DNA of 64,000 nt from Oikopleura dioica (Eukaryota > Animalia > Chordata). The translations under genes were made by a program, and so were the position numbers. The stretch covers positions 13,640,001-13,704,000 of the forward strand of contig OU015568.1 of NCBI GenBank assembly GCA_907165135.1, read 5' to 3'. The notes under the pieces are model-generated. The model worked only from the letters and a program-made list of their open reading frames with translations, was not told where the DNA came from and did no database searches. Below, in pieces: positions 49,878 through 61,772 of the stretch (positions within the stretch are counted from its first letter, which is position 1; each line of letters starts with the position of its first letter).

Positions 49878-51469
49878 GGTTGCAGCGAGGTCAACTTTTT
49901 ATATTGAAGCAACTACTGTACTCAGTGACTCGATCGCATGTGACAATCTTAAATACTCAAACTGTACATTCGCTGACCTCGTTTACTTCACCAATTACTT
50001 TGACATTATTTTTGTTCCGAAACAAACTGATTCCTAAGGATTTTGATTACACATTCGAGCTGCACAATTTGTGAATAAATCATCCAAATATGAACATGCC
50101 GTCAATTATTTTAGACAAAAAATATAGATAGACTTTCTCTATTTAAAATTTATCAATAGATTTTCAAACCTTATCACTTTAATCAGGTCTATCACGTATT
50201 GAAATAAGGATAACAGTATGTTATCATAACAGAGCAGAATATAACTATTAGCATAAAACGTATCCAAAAACACAGAACTGTAGCTCAATATCAGTTATTG
50301 AGTTTCCCGAGAGAAAATGGTTTCATCCTTGATTTCAATGACGAACACGATTTCAAAACGCATGGGGCCATCAAAACTTCCGCTTTTGAAAACGAGGGAA
50401 AACAATTTCTCCCTGTGGTATATGAATTTTTGATAGCGACAGGAAAGCTCTAAAGTAATTGTAGTAATATCGATAATCTGGGCTCGCCTTTGCAAAGTGG
50501 CTCTCTGAAACAGAAGCCTGGAAGGACACGAGCCATGTCGGGCGGATCCAGCTGTCTGAGATCCGTAACAAATTTAAAACGCGAACAGGCCCATTCCAAA
50601 CGTGTGAACCCAAGGAGCCCCGACTCAGATCGAATTTTACAAAATCAACAAGTTACGCCAAAATTGGTGTTAAAATCCACAGCCGGTAGTACGGACGAAA
50701 ACGGCATTATCAAATGTAGAGGCGAGCGGTGGAATTAGTCCACTCGCTCTGCAAAGTCAGCGATCTGAGAAAGTGTATACAAAGGGATTACACAGATTTC
50801 CGCACTCGAGTGTGCTTCAGCAGAAAAGAACACATATGGAATGGACCAGCTTATGTCATACAGTCATGGCTAGCGATTTGGCCATGCCTTTTTCAGGAGA
50901 AATGCCGAAAAAAACAATAACGAAGGCTTTCGAGAAAAAAAATGCGAATTATGAAGGTTTTCCAGCTGTTGATCTTGAAGCGGTTGTCTTGTTACAAGGG
51001 GGTGTTAAAAGACCCCACTGTAGCTTGTATTTTATAAACCGATCTGAAGTCTTTTTTTTATTAGGTAATCAATCAGTTATTATACACTACTTGTACAACT
51101 TCAAAAAGCATAAAAAACCTAATGAAAATAATTACAAACGATAGCAGTACATATCATAAATTGATACTTGAAACGCACTATTAGTTATCTTAAACATTAA
51201 AATTGCTTTAGTTTGTTGTTGAGGTGCTTCGTTGACTACTTAACTTGATCATTATCCGGAATTCATGCTATACTGTCAACAGAACATCGTGAATTGTTGG
51301 GAGAAAAAGTGGACACAGCCATGGTTGTTGGACTCATTTGAAGGATTTCTAATGAGTGCGAATTGGGAACGTCAATTCTTGAAAAGCACCAAAATGTTTC
51401 AAGATTTTGAAAAAGGGAAAACAAAACCATCCACAAAACAAAGCTCATTTCGATTTTTCAGAATCGAAA

Positions 51470-52565
51470 ATGGGTATTTTGCTCACAAGCCTTTTTCGAC
51501 AAAATGGAAGGCTTGAAGCGGAACTTGCTGAGAAAAATCAACAACTTGAGAAAATCAAGGAAGAAATTCTTGCAATAAGGCGGGAATCAGCTCGAGATAG
51601 AGAAATAATCAGAGAGCTACAGATAAGATTGGAAATTATGGAAAGAATTCACCGCGCGGGGAGTTCACACCGCAGCTCAGGTAGCCAACCAGACGGTCAC
51701 CAAGATCTGGGAGGACTTCTTCGTGGTGCCTTTGGTTTCGGCCAACAGCTAGGCGAATATTTCAATCGTCAGGGATTTGACTTCGATCCGACAGGTCCTC
51801 AACGACATTACACAAGTACTCGTCAATCGGAAAGATCACCCTCCAATTTTTCCTTCCGATCAAGCGGTAATCAAGGTAGAAAATTAAAGTAAAACTGTTA
51901 AAGATCCTTAGTTGACCAGTAAACCAATGAAGTGTTTAGGGCGCTCGGGAACATCAGGTTATCGTGTGAGCACGATCAGCCCTGTCGACGAACTCGATGA
52001 ATTTTCTTTCAGGAACGGACTGAAAAAATGATATCATTCGCGTCTAATTTGCTTCAGTCTTTTTTCAGTGAAATGCCCGACCCCGATAATGACGAAGAAG
52101 AGGACACTTACATTGAGGATTTGAAAGAACAGTTGGTGCGTTTGAATATCCTACTTTCTCCTCAGGAGAATAAGTCAGCGAACTTCAAGGACAGTTTTCT
52201 ATTTATTCATTCTATTCGTCAATAAATTGAAAAACATCAACAAGTTCGACTACGATCGTAAAGTTGAGCTTATCTACTCAGGATGGAAACTTCAATTTGA
52301 CCGTGAAAAAAGAGGAAGGCTCAAGCATATGCTCATAATGAAGAAAATTGGTAATCCTATAAGACTGATGAAAAGTAAAAATAAATTATTTCTAAGATGG
52401 GAACACTCCTCCTTTTCGCGCGGTTATCCGTGAAGTCGGCAAAGGAGGTGCAACTTATGACATTCGTACGGTGAATAGTGAACCACAAGAAGAATGCGAC
52501 GGTCAGATGATCGAATTCGACCTTTTTACGGAGACTGTAAAGATCACTGTCAGCTTTTTTTGATA
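51470..52565 (+). CDS. Orphan coiled-coil gene, copy 1 of tandem pair (exon structure uncertain)
   Basis: MGILLTSLFRQ... coiled coil, then segments PVDEL and QMIEFDLFTETVKITVS shared with the downstream copy. Confidence 0.5.
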
Positions 52566-52713
52566 AATTCGGAAAATAAATGATGAGGAACATTTCTGGA
52601 TTCTCGAAGAATATTGAGGCGTTTTATCTTTCCAGATTTTGAAAAAAGGGAAAACCGCTTTTTCCACTCCCGAAAAGTCTGTCAGTTTCAGTCAGCATTC
52701 GTAAACCTCGAAA

Positions 52714-53566
52714 ATGGGGATTTTGCTCACAACCCTTTTTCAACTAACTCGGACAATTCATGTCGAACTGGCTGATCATGACGAACGAATCAATAAAATG
52801 GAGGAAGAGATATTTCTTCTAAAGCAAAAATTAGCCAGAGATGATGAAAACGAAAAAGAAGAAAAATTGGTAGCTCTCGCAAGAACGGGAGATGCAAGAA
52901 GTGTCCGGTCTTCTACGCCTATGCTGGGAAGTGGTGGAGAAAAGCACCCTTCCCAAGATACCAGACCACTTAGACCAAGAAGCTTTGACAAGCAGATCCG
53001 ACTGCTGCAGAATCTTCCTCGATTCCCCGTCGCTCTTGGACACCAGCAGGGCTTATCCGAAGATGTTTTGAAGATGAATGAAAAGCAACTGAAGAGGATG
53101 AATGAAGGCTTTTCACCGACTTCTAAGGATTGTTTTACTTACGAGTTATTTAAATTAAATTATTAAACAGTTTTTACTCAGAAAAAAAAACATTAAAAAG
53201 TTCAACTTTCACCGAGCCGGTCGACGAACTGAAATTTTCTCTCCTCAATGGAAACTCATTTTTGAGCGAGAAAAAAGTGACTGGCTTGACTTGCATAGAC
53301 TCATCCTCGATAGAAGAGGTAATCGTAAATGCATCCAAAGTAAACTTAATTATTCATTTTTCCAAGATCGCAATACCCCCCAGTTCGAGGCAAAAATCCA
53401 CGAAATCGGCGAAATTCGCCGCGAAGGAAAGAACCCAACAAATTACCGTATTCGCATGGATACAAGCGGTCCGAAAGGTGAATCTGGTGGCCCTCAAATG
53501 ATAGAGTTTGACCTTTTCGCTAAAACTGTACTCATCACTGTTACTCTTCCCAAAGAGAGCGAATAA
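52714..53566 (+). CDS. Orphan coiled-coil gene, copy 2 of tandem pair
   Basis: MGILLTTLFQL... coiled coil; PVDEL; QMIEFDLFAKTVLITVTLP*. Confidence 0.55.
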
Positions 53567-54000
53567 ACACAGTAGCAAGTCTTACAACTTGTATAATAAT
53601 AATTTATTATTGTATTATTACCGCGATTCACATTCGTGAGTGACCAATTCAAAAATCGTTTGAACATTTCCCTGTGCTAAAACATAGGACTTTTGTTCAA
53701 ACGCATTACAATAGAAATTGATTCTGGTCAGTCAGAAATTGTTCTTAGAATGAAATCTAAGATTTATTGGTGAATATATTCAGTTTTAATAATCAGCCAT
53801 TAATAATCATTTAAAGTATAAGCTTTGAAAATGTAGAAAAAGCTTGAGTTCTTGTAGAGTCTAAGTTAGACTGGAAAATCGCGAATTTCGGAGCTTTCCA
53901 GCGTCCGATTTGTGATTGGCGCCAAGTGCGCGCCACGGTCTGAATTGCCGCGAGAGATAAATCCTCGATTCGCTACAGAGAAAATCTTCGATTCGACAAG

Positions 54001-55957
54001 ATGTCTGACTCTGACGACTACGATTTGCTACCAGACGATGTCCAAGATGACTTATCAACTGCGGGGTCTAATTTCTTCGATTGCTTGGTAATTATTTGTC
54101 AAATATTCAAATAAATTCAGAATACGAACATAATGCCTTTTCAATTAAAATACGCAATATTTTTATTCAGACTGTTGGCCAAGCGAGCTCAATATGTCCA
54201 TCATCAGTTGCCCTCACAGCCAAATCAGGATTCCAACGAAATAACTTCCAGAAAAGAGAGAAAAGCTCGTTCCAAAATAGCCGCCCGCGACGAAATTTCC
54301 AGCAAACTACTCAAAAGATCGGCTATATTCCGCCGAAGCTGTCGGAAGAAGAATATAGATGCCAAGAGAATGAAATTGGGAACAACTTCGAGAATTATAT
54401 GAACATGGAAATGTCGATTACGCCTGGCGATGGAGTGGAAAACGAAGAAATGCCACCGTTACTGGTTAGTTGGGATGATTTGGATTTGCCCGAGAATCTG
54501 AGAAATAACTTGAGGTAAGGATACAAACCCAGAATTTCTCTTTATGTTGTCTAGGAAGCTGAAGATGGAGGTTCCAACACCTATTCAAAGATGCTCTTGC
54601 AATATTATCAGACACAACTTTGGTAAAATAACGAAATTCCAACCTCTCTTATAAAAATTTCTTTCAATTAGACTGTCTGGCAATATCCGAAACGGGCCAG
54701 GGAAAGACGGCAGTTTTCCTTATTCCCATCATCCGAAACCTTCTTTACCAATCCTCCCTGCCTCCAAAGAAAGCAGTTCCTCAATACCCCCACGTGATCG
54801 TCATCGCACCGACTCGAGAGCTGGCAATTCAAATCTACGACCATGCAAAAAGATTCACAGTTTATACAGAATTGTTCGACAGGATCAAGATCACCTACGG
54901 AGGGGCAAGCATTGATGACCAGGCGGATGAGATTGAGAAGGGATGCCAAATTATTATTGCTACTTTGGGACGGCTTGTGGACTTTGTCAATAGGGAAATC
55001 CTGTCCCTCGAGCAAGTGAAATATTTGGTGATTGATGAAGGCAGAGTTTTAAAAATTCTTACAATTTTATTTTGGCATAAAAGGTCGTTAAACATACGCA
55101 CTTGAAATTTATTTTAAACTTATTTAAAAGCGGATAAGCAACTGATGGAAGGCTTCGAAGAATGCCTCAATCAGTTTCTCCAGCACGAAGATCTCCCGGA
55201 CAAGAATTATCGCCGCACAATCATGACTTCTGCAACAATGACTCCGGATGTCCAGCTTTTGGCGAAAGATCAGCTCTCTGACAGGTCTTATTATTGCCAA
55301 GTTGGCGAGCTGAACCATGCGAATCGAAATATTCGGCAAGAAATCATTCGATGCTACTCGCATTCGAAGTTGAAAACACTCAAGGAAGTTTTGCAACGAC
55401 CAGATGTGAAAGAAGGAAAGACGATCATCTTCACGAATCAGAGAAGACTGTGTATGACGTATTCGTTTCAGCTGCGGAATTGTGGCGTCTTTGGAGCTGT
55501 AGAAAGCATTCACGGAGATCGACACCAGCAAGATAGAGAAACTGCTCTGAGAAGATTCAAAGAAGGAGAAGTCAACATTCTCGTTGCGACGGATCTGATT
55601 GGGCGGGGCATTCACATTCCGAATGTCCAGACAGTCATCAATGTCGATTTGCCGGAGAAAATCCTTGACTACATCAATCGGATTGGACGAACTGGCAGAA
55701 TTGGCCACAACGGAAAATCCATTTCGTTCTATGACCCGTCCAACGACTCAATCATGGCCGAACGTCTCTGCAAGGTCCTTGCACAGAACGACCAAGAACT
55801 GCCTGATTTTCTCACGGCAGAGACTTTCATGCATAACCGAGAGCGATATCGATCGATTGCCCAGGAAACGATGCACTCAAATGACTACCTCATGTCAAGA
55901 AGCAATTTGAATGGACAGGGAATCTTGACTGGCTTCGATTTTAACGAAGAATGGTAG
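54001..55957 (+). CDS. Divergent Vasa/DDX4-like DEAD-box RNA helicase
   Basis: Q motif (PTPIQ), SETGQGKT, APTRELAIQI, DE|AD across a GC-AG intron, SAT, IHGDRHQQDRETAL, RIGRTGRIG and the Vasa-type C-terminal EEW*. Confidence 0.85.
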
Positions 55958-56077
55958 AAAATACTCAAATTAACTTTAATCACTTATACTTCAAAGTTCA
56001 CTTACTCACATCACCACAATTTTTACACTGCCACAAAATATTATTGCAAAAGAAGCTCAAAAGAAGTGTTTTTAGAG

Positions 56078-56345
56078 ATGGCGCCGAACGATCCGCGAAA
56101 AGCGATGCAGGACAAGTTAGCTCGCGAGAAAAAAGAGCAACTTCAACGCCAAAATTCTCAGCAACGACTTAACTCTCAAAATCATAAATATACTGACGGG
56201 ACGCACTTTATCAAGGTTTGAAAACGATTATTTTCGGAAATGAAAACTAGCTCAATTTACAATTTAGACAGACTCGAAGTGGCAAAACACCTATTTGCCG
56301 GTTATTCCTCGACTCAATCCCGACGGAACATTCAAAGAAAACTGA
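56078..56345 (+). CDS. Small hypothetical protein (2 exons)
   Basis: TTTAG-AG-ATG context. MAPNDPRKAMQDKLAREKKEQLQRQ...FIK|TDSKWQNTYLPVIPRLNPDGTFKEN* via a short GT-AG intron. Confidence 0.55.
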
Positions 56346-56503
56346 ACTGTTTCCAGAATGAATTCTAGACTTTCACTGCTAAAAACTCTCAAGTAATTCA
56401 TTGATCTTTTCCCTCTATTTTCTTCTGCCCTTCATTTTTGTAACATATTTCTATAAAAAATACCTCAGAATATAATTGCCCTTCTTTTGAAGATAGAAAT
56501 CGC

Positions 56504-57649
56504 ATGCTCCGCAGGTCGAATGCGTTAAGAAACATCCTTAGGACGTCCTATCAAGAGAAACTCGTGTTCACTCCAGTAGGATCCATTTCTCCTCCTCTTC
56601 CAGCTGGCAAATTTCAGCCCGGCCAATTTTTCATCGCCAAAAATTATGAATACAGAGGACTAGTGCTGCTTTCGCAGGAGACTGAAGTTATAGGAAAGGG
56701 TTCAATTTCGAGTTCGAAAGAAATTTCAACGATTGATAATTTGAGAGTCCCATGAAAGGAGAAAATGAAAACGGCAGCTCCTACGAGACGAGTTACATGG
56801 TGCTCTGCGATGAGCGCGACACACTAGCAGACTCAAAAAGCCAAATCGACTATCTCGACTACTTTCTCAATGACGGCGAGGTCACATACACCATGAACAT
56901 CGACATAATTTCACACAAAGACATCATTCCCGCTGGGGACACGAACGTCACTTTTCAAAATCAAGTGGCGGACTTTTACTTCAAAAAATCAGAGAATCCA
57001 TGGCCGACTGCACCAAATAACCCAAAATTAGTTCCTACATCGAATCTTCTTTCGCTCACTGACAAAAGGTATCATTTATCTATCCATCTTTGATTCATCA
57101 TTTATCTCAGAAATATCAAACTGAAGAAGTACGTAAAAGTAACCAACAACGTTCGCGTTTCCGTTATTCCAGTCTACCTCGGCCAAGGATTCATCCGCGA
57201 TCGACGAATCTCCGGCGAAAAATTTTCACGGAACGACTTCATCAAGTCCAGACACTACTGGCAGTATCACATCACAATTGAAAACCTGACAAACGAGCCG
57301 CTCGAGCTCATCGAACGGCTGTGGTATATTTATGAAGACAATGAAAGTGAGGACGGAGACAGTAAGGAGGGGAGCTTGAAAAGAGTTGCTGGGAGAGGAG
57401 TTGTTGGAAAACATCCGATTTTATTCAACGAAACGCAGCCTTTCAAGGTGAGAAATTGCCAAATTTATCTTTTTTTTTCTGATATTTCAATTGACTTGAA
57501 TTTAGTATACTTCCACTTTGGACATTTCCACTGGCAAAGGACACATGTGGGGCAAATTTATCTTTGAAAGTCGTCTCGATGGACGCCCAGTAGAAGTTTT
57601 CGTGCCCAAGTTTGAACTCTCCTCCCACGTCGAATACGGCGAATACTGA
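56504..57649 (+). CDS. POLDIP2: POLDIP2-like protein A (YccV-like + ApaG/DUF525 domains)
   Basis: GKFQPGQFFIAKNYEYRGLVL; NVRVSVIPVYLG; YWQYHITIENL...LIERLWYI; RVAGRGVVGKHP; GHMWGKF. Confidence 0.88.
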
Positions 57650-57751
57650 TCAAACCTCACTGAAAAACTATTTATTAAAAAGATACATGTATAAAAGACT
57701 CAAAAATAAGTAAACTGCCTGCTGGAGCTTACTCGTGTTGATTTAGAAATA

Positions 57752-59228
57752 ATGCTTCGATCAGCGATTCTGTGGCTGGGACAAAATATGTCCGACCGTC
57801 GGAGTCAACAGAAAGAGACCACACCGTTTCTAGAACACGTTTATTTTCGAGGGGATGCATGGAGGAAGAGGGAGGAAGACTTCAGTTTAATTTTCGTACT
57901 TTTCAAAGGAAGAAATGGTCCGAAATCAGTTCGTTATTCAAGGTACATTTCTGAGTCTTTTTATTTTCTGTCTGATAGACGCGATGAGCCAAGAATCTAA
58001 GACTATGGATACAGTGGTGAAGGAAATCTAATTATGATTTTTAGTTCGCAGAAATGCTGAAGTTTTTTCAAAAGTGGGAGTAGTAACATCACCAAGTTTG
58101 AAGAAAAAGTTCCATGAGTAAGTCTAATTTTCACTTTTCTTTCGCACTTATTAATTTTCAGATCCGGTCAGAACTTCATCCACAAAGAACTGTCTTACCG
58201 TGGTGTTATTCTGTACCCATGGCCCGGAACAACTGTCGATGCCGAGGGAGAGTCTGAAAAGACTCTTTTCTATCAAGTACTTGTGGATCAGCGGGATGCG
58301 GAAGAGCTGCCGATGGAACACGAGCTGCTCAGGATTTCTGATGCGGATCGTGAAGCTTTCGATTTCGTAAGTTCTTTCAAATCGGAGTATAAATTCATAT
58401 TTGATTTTAGTCTCCAACCCGATTCAAAAATTGGGATATCGCGACCCACGAAGAGATCTTCCCGTTCGACCCCATCGACACCAGTCTAGGAGTGAAGCAT
58501 CATCTAATGCATCATTTCCTCAAGACGTTCTACTCGTACAAGGATGGAACGCCGACCTGGGAAGTAAAAAGAACTCCGACTCTGACGTATTGGATGAACA
58601 AGTTCTCGTCTAAGCCGCTTGTTTGCCATGTTGCAGAGGCCGAGTTTGACGTAGCGATGGAAGAAGACTCGACTGAATCGAAAGATGTTGTATCGATTCA
58701 TGTAATTCCTTATCATCTAACAACAAACGTAAGTTTCAATTTTAAATTTCTCGATAAACTTAATTATCTCCTACGGGATCTTTAGATCTTTCCATCAATA
58801 GTACTCTTTTGACGTTTTTGAAAAATGTCCTAACTAGTCACTGATATATTCCTTTAGAATGTTCAAAACTTCAATTTTATCGGACATCTGACACGATTTG
58901 CATCACAGAACAGCACTGAATATGAAATTATCGAGAGGACGGTCATTGCTGAAAACGATCAAACGGGCGATATCAAAGAAGATGTTGCCGTAAGTCTATT
59001 AACTCCTCAATCAAGCAATAAACGATCATTCAGAAACTGAACATCGCTCTCGGCGGCGAGTACAACAACATCTACCAGCACTCCCGGCACATAGAAATCC
59101 CACACGGTGAAAGTCATCTGGTCTTCAATTACAGGGTGAAGCGACTATCAGATGGACTCGAGAAAGACATCATGGTATCGGCTTTTAATGTTTCTTCAAA
59201 ACACGGTGATCCGCTGTCTCAAATCTGA
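57752..59228 (+). CDS. POLDIP2-like protein B (YccV-like domain, degenerate ApaG-like domain)
   Basis: SGQNFIHKELSYRGVILYPW; FYQVLVDQRD; ATHEEIFPF; VSIHVIPYH. Lacks the GxGVVG and HMWG motifs. Confidence 0.78.
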
Positions 59229-59494
59229 GAATCTCAGACTGAGATACTGTTCAATCTTCTTTTCTTTCTAATTTAAACTTCGACTTTCTGTAAACCCCGT
59301 TCGTTTCAAATACATTCATATAAAATATATTTGACGCGTTTTGTCTCATCCTCCTTGCAGAAAAACATGTGATTCTAGTTAGTAAGCCTTAGATTTTTCA
59401 AGAAAGTAAGCATTAGAAATAAGTAGGTAGAGAATATTTTTGAGTTCAAGAAAATCCACATTATAGAGAAAATCTTATTCTCTACCATTTCAGA

Positions 59495-61201
59495 ATGCCG
59501 AGAAAGAAAGCCCCTCAATCGACTGTCGATCAGTTGCTGGATCGACAGCCAGAGACTCGCGCCACTGCTCCTGTTTGTGACTATTTGTTGCACGCAGCAA
59601 ATAGCGATACAACGGCAAAAAGCATAGTCAGTGTGAGAGCATACAGAGAAGGTCTTTGTCAGTCAATTTACCTAAATCACCTGTTTCCTGTCGATGGAAT
59701 TGCGAATGAAGAAAATCAGGGACGTAGTTTTGAAAGTTTCAGCGCGGCTTTGTTGAGAGGATCTCATCAACACTTTGAAAACTTTTTAAAAGTCACAGTT
59801 GAGAGAGCGAATCGCCACGCATTTGGTCGGCATGCATTTTCAAGACCAGGAGACTCTCTTGGATACAACTGATGCGCGATTTCTCCAACCACCAGTAGAG
59901 CAAGAGGCAAGACCGCAAGCAGCGCGTGATGATTGGAACCGCATTGACGAGGATAACACATGCCTTGTCTCTCAGCGACTTCTGAAAAGCTACCAGAAGA
60001 AACGACAGCTTCTACGAAATGATCAGCACGAACGAGAAACCAACTATCGAAATAGTTTGAAGACAGAGTATCTTGGATACAGACGATTTTCACCACTGGC
60101 ATTGAAGATAGAGCATGAAACGCTCGAGCGAAACATGAAAGCTGTCCGAGAGAAGATAATGACTCCGGAAAACAGAGAACTAGAGTAAGTGGCACTTTTA
60201 AGTTCTAAAATAACAGTTCAATAAGCGTGAATACAGTCGTCATCACTGTTGCCGTATTCCTTCCGAAATCGAGAGGAAATCAAACTCGACAAGCATGGTA
60301 AAAATTCTAAACCGACCTCGATTTTAATCGTTTTCTCAGCGAGTTCAAAATTCATAATCAAACGAGGCTGGTGGATCTTGTTGACCGTCTGGTTTGTCCG
60401 AACGACCAAATTTCAATGGTCCGCGGGGAGGAGTTCGCTAAAGATCCAACGAGAGATCCTAGACCATATGCTGCCGATATGTTTCCAGACAAATTTTTAT
60501 TTATACACGATACTTTCTACTACGACAACAGGAATGAGCAATCGCTCCAGGTCGCTTCAAGAATCAAAGATTTTCTTGATCGTCGGCCAATCTCGATTCC
60601 CAAGCCGACGAAACTTATTCCGCTCGTTGCTGATCCGGAAAACGGTTACGACAATGACGTTTTGGTAGGGCATAAAGATTTATTCAAGCATAAATGTCCA
60701 ATCTAGGTAGATGATCTAGAGTTCAACTTGGGAATGCCATATCTTTACCAGCATGTCCGAGACTGTGAACATCTGATTGTATTTATGGATATGAAAGCGA
60801 TAAGCATTTCTGATCCACAGACGCTCGCAGAATATCCGCAAATGATGAACAAGGTATTCCGGAACGAATATTAGTTTTCTCTAGCCAAAAACTTAGCCGA
60901 CTCCCCGACGCGTTCTTTGTCGAGTTTGTGAGATGCATTCGGCTGTTTGGGAGACAAGAAAAGATGAAGAAGCAGACTATGATCCTTGTTTCTGGTGTGA
61001 GAAGTGCTTCCATATGTTTCACTATACAAAAGGTATCAAGATTACTGTTCTAATTTAGCTTTCTCAGCCTTCTTTTTAGACGAAAAAATGGCGCACAGTT
61101 TTCTTGCTAGGCCTTTTACGGATCCCGCTATTCTCTACGGGGATATGAAGAATGAAGAGCCGAGTGGCGAAACAAATGAAGAAACGATGGAAGAAGAATG
61201 A
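59495..61201 (+). CDS. SNAPC3: snRNA-activating protein complex subunit 3 (SNAP50)
   Basis: FLFIHDTFYYDNR; DLEFNLGMPYLYQHVRDCEHLIVFMD; zinc finger CRVCEMHSAVW...DPCFWCEKCFHMFHY. Confidence 0.92.
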
Positions 61202-61409
61202 ACAAGCCAATATATTTTGGCAAGAAAAGAGCTTTGAGACTGTAAATAAATTTCTCGCTCTTCTTATAATCTCAGGCGTTTTAAATAAGAGCAGCTGTAT
61301 ATGTGTTCACATTTGACTGTTTAATGATGGAAAGCTGGAGAAGAAATAAACACTGCCTCAATCGAAATAAAAATGGTAAAAACGACGGAATTAAGATTGA
61401 TTTCTCAAA

Positions 61410-61772
61410 ATGCCTATGTGCCAGGTTTTCACCAATGTCTCTGCCGATAAGGTCACCGATGATGTCCTGACAAAGTTGCATGAAGTTTTCACTGAAGCAA
61501 TCAAGAAGGATAAGAAATGGTGCGTTGTGCACATCGTCCCAGACCAAAAAATGGTCGGCCATGGACGAACAACTGATCCCTGCGCATTGGTCAACATCAT
61601 GTCCATTGGAAACCTTGGCGCTGATGAAAACATCCGCATCTCTGGACAGATCCAAGGATTCCTTGAGGAGCAACTCGGGGTTTCCAAGGAGCGAAATTAC
61701 ATTCGATTCGACGATGCTCCAGCCAAAGAAGTCGGCTGGAATGGATCTACCTTCGGCCCTATTCTTGGATAA
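61410..61772 (+). CDS. MIF: Macrophage migration inhibitory factor / tautomerase family, intronless
   Basis: Catalytic N-terminal Pro (MPMCQVFTNV); DPCALVNIMSIG; RNYIRFDD...VGWNGSTF. Confidence 0.92.
   Translation: MPMCQVFTNVSADKVTDDVLTKLHEVFTEAIKKDKKWCVVHIVPDQKMVGHGRTTDPCALVNIMSIGNLGADENIRISGQIQGFLEEQLGVSKERNYIRFDDAPAKEVGWNGSTFGPILG

Noticed and set aside
61095-61103. GCCTTTTAC identical to U5 snRNA loop I
   Set aside because: It lies within the SNAPC3 coding exon (ARPFT) with no U5 stem or Sm site.
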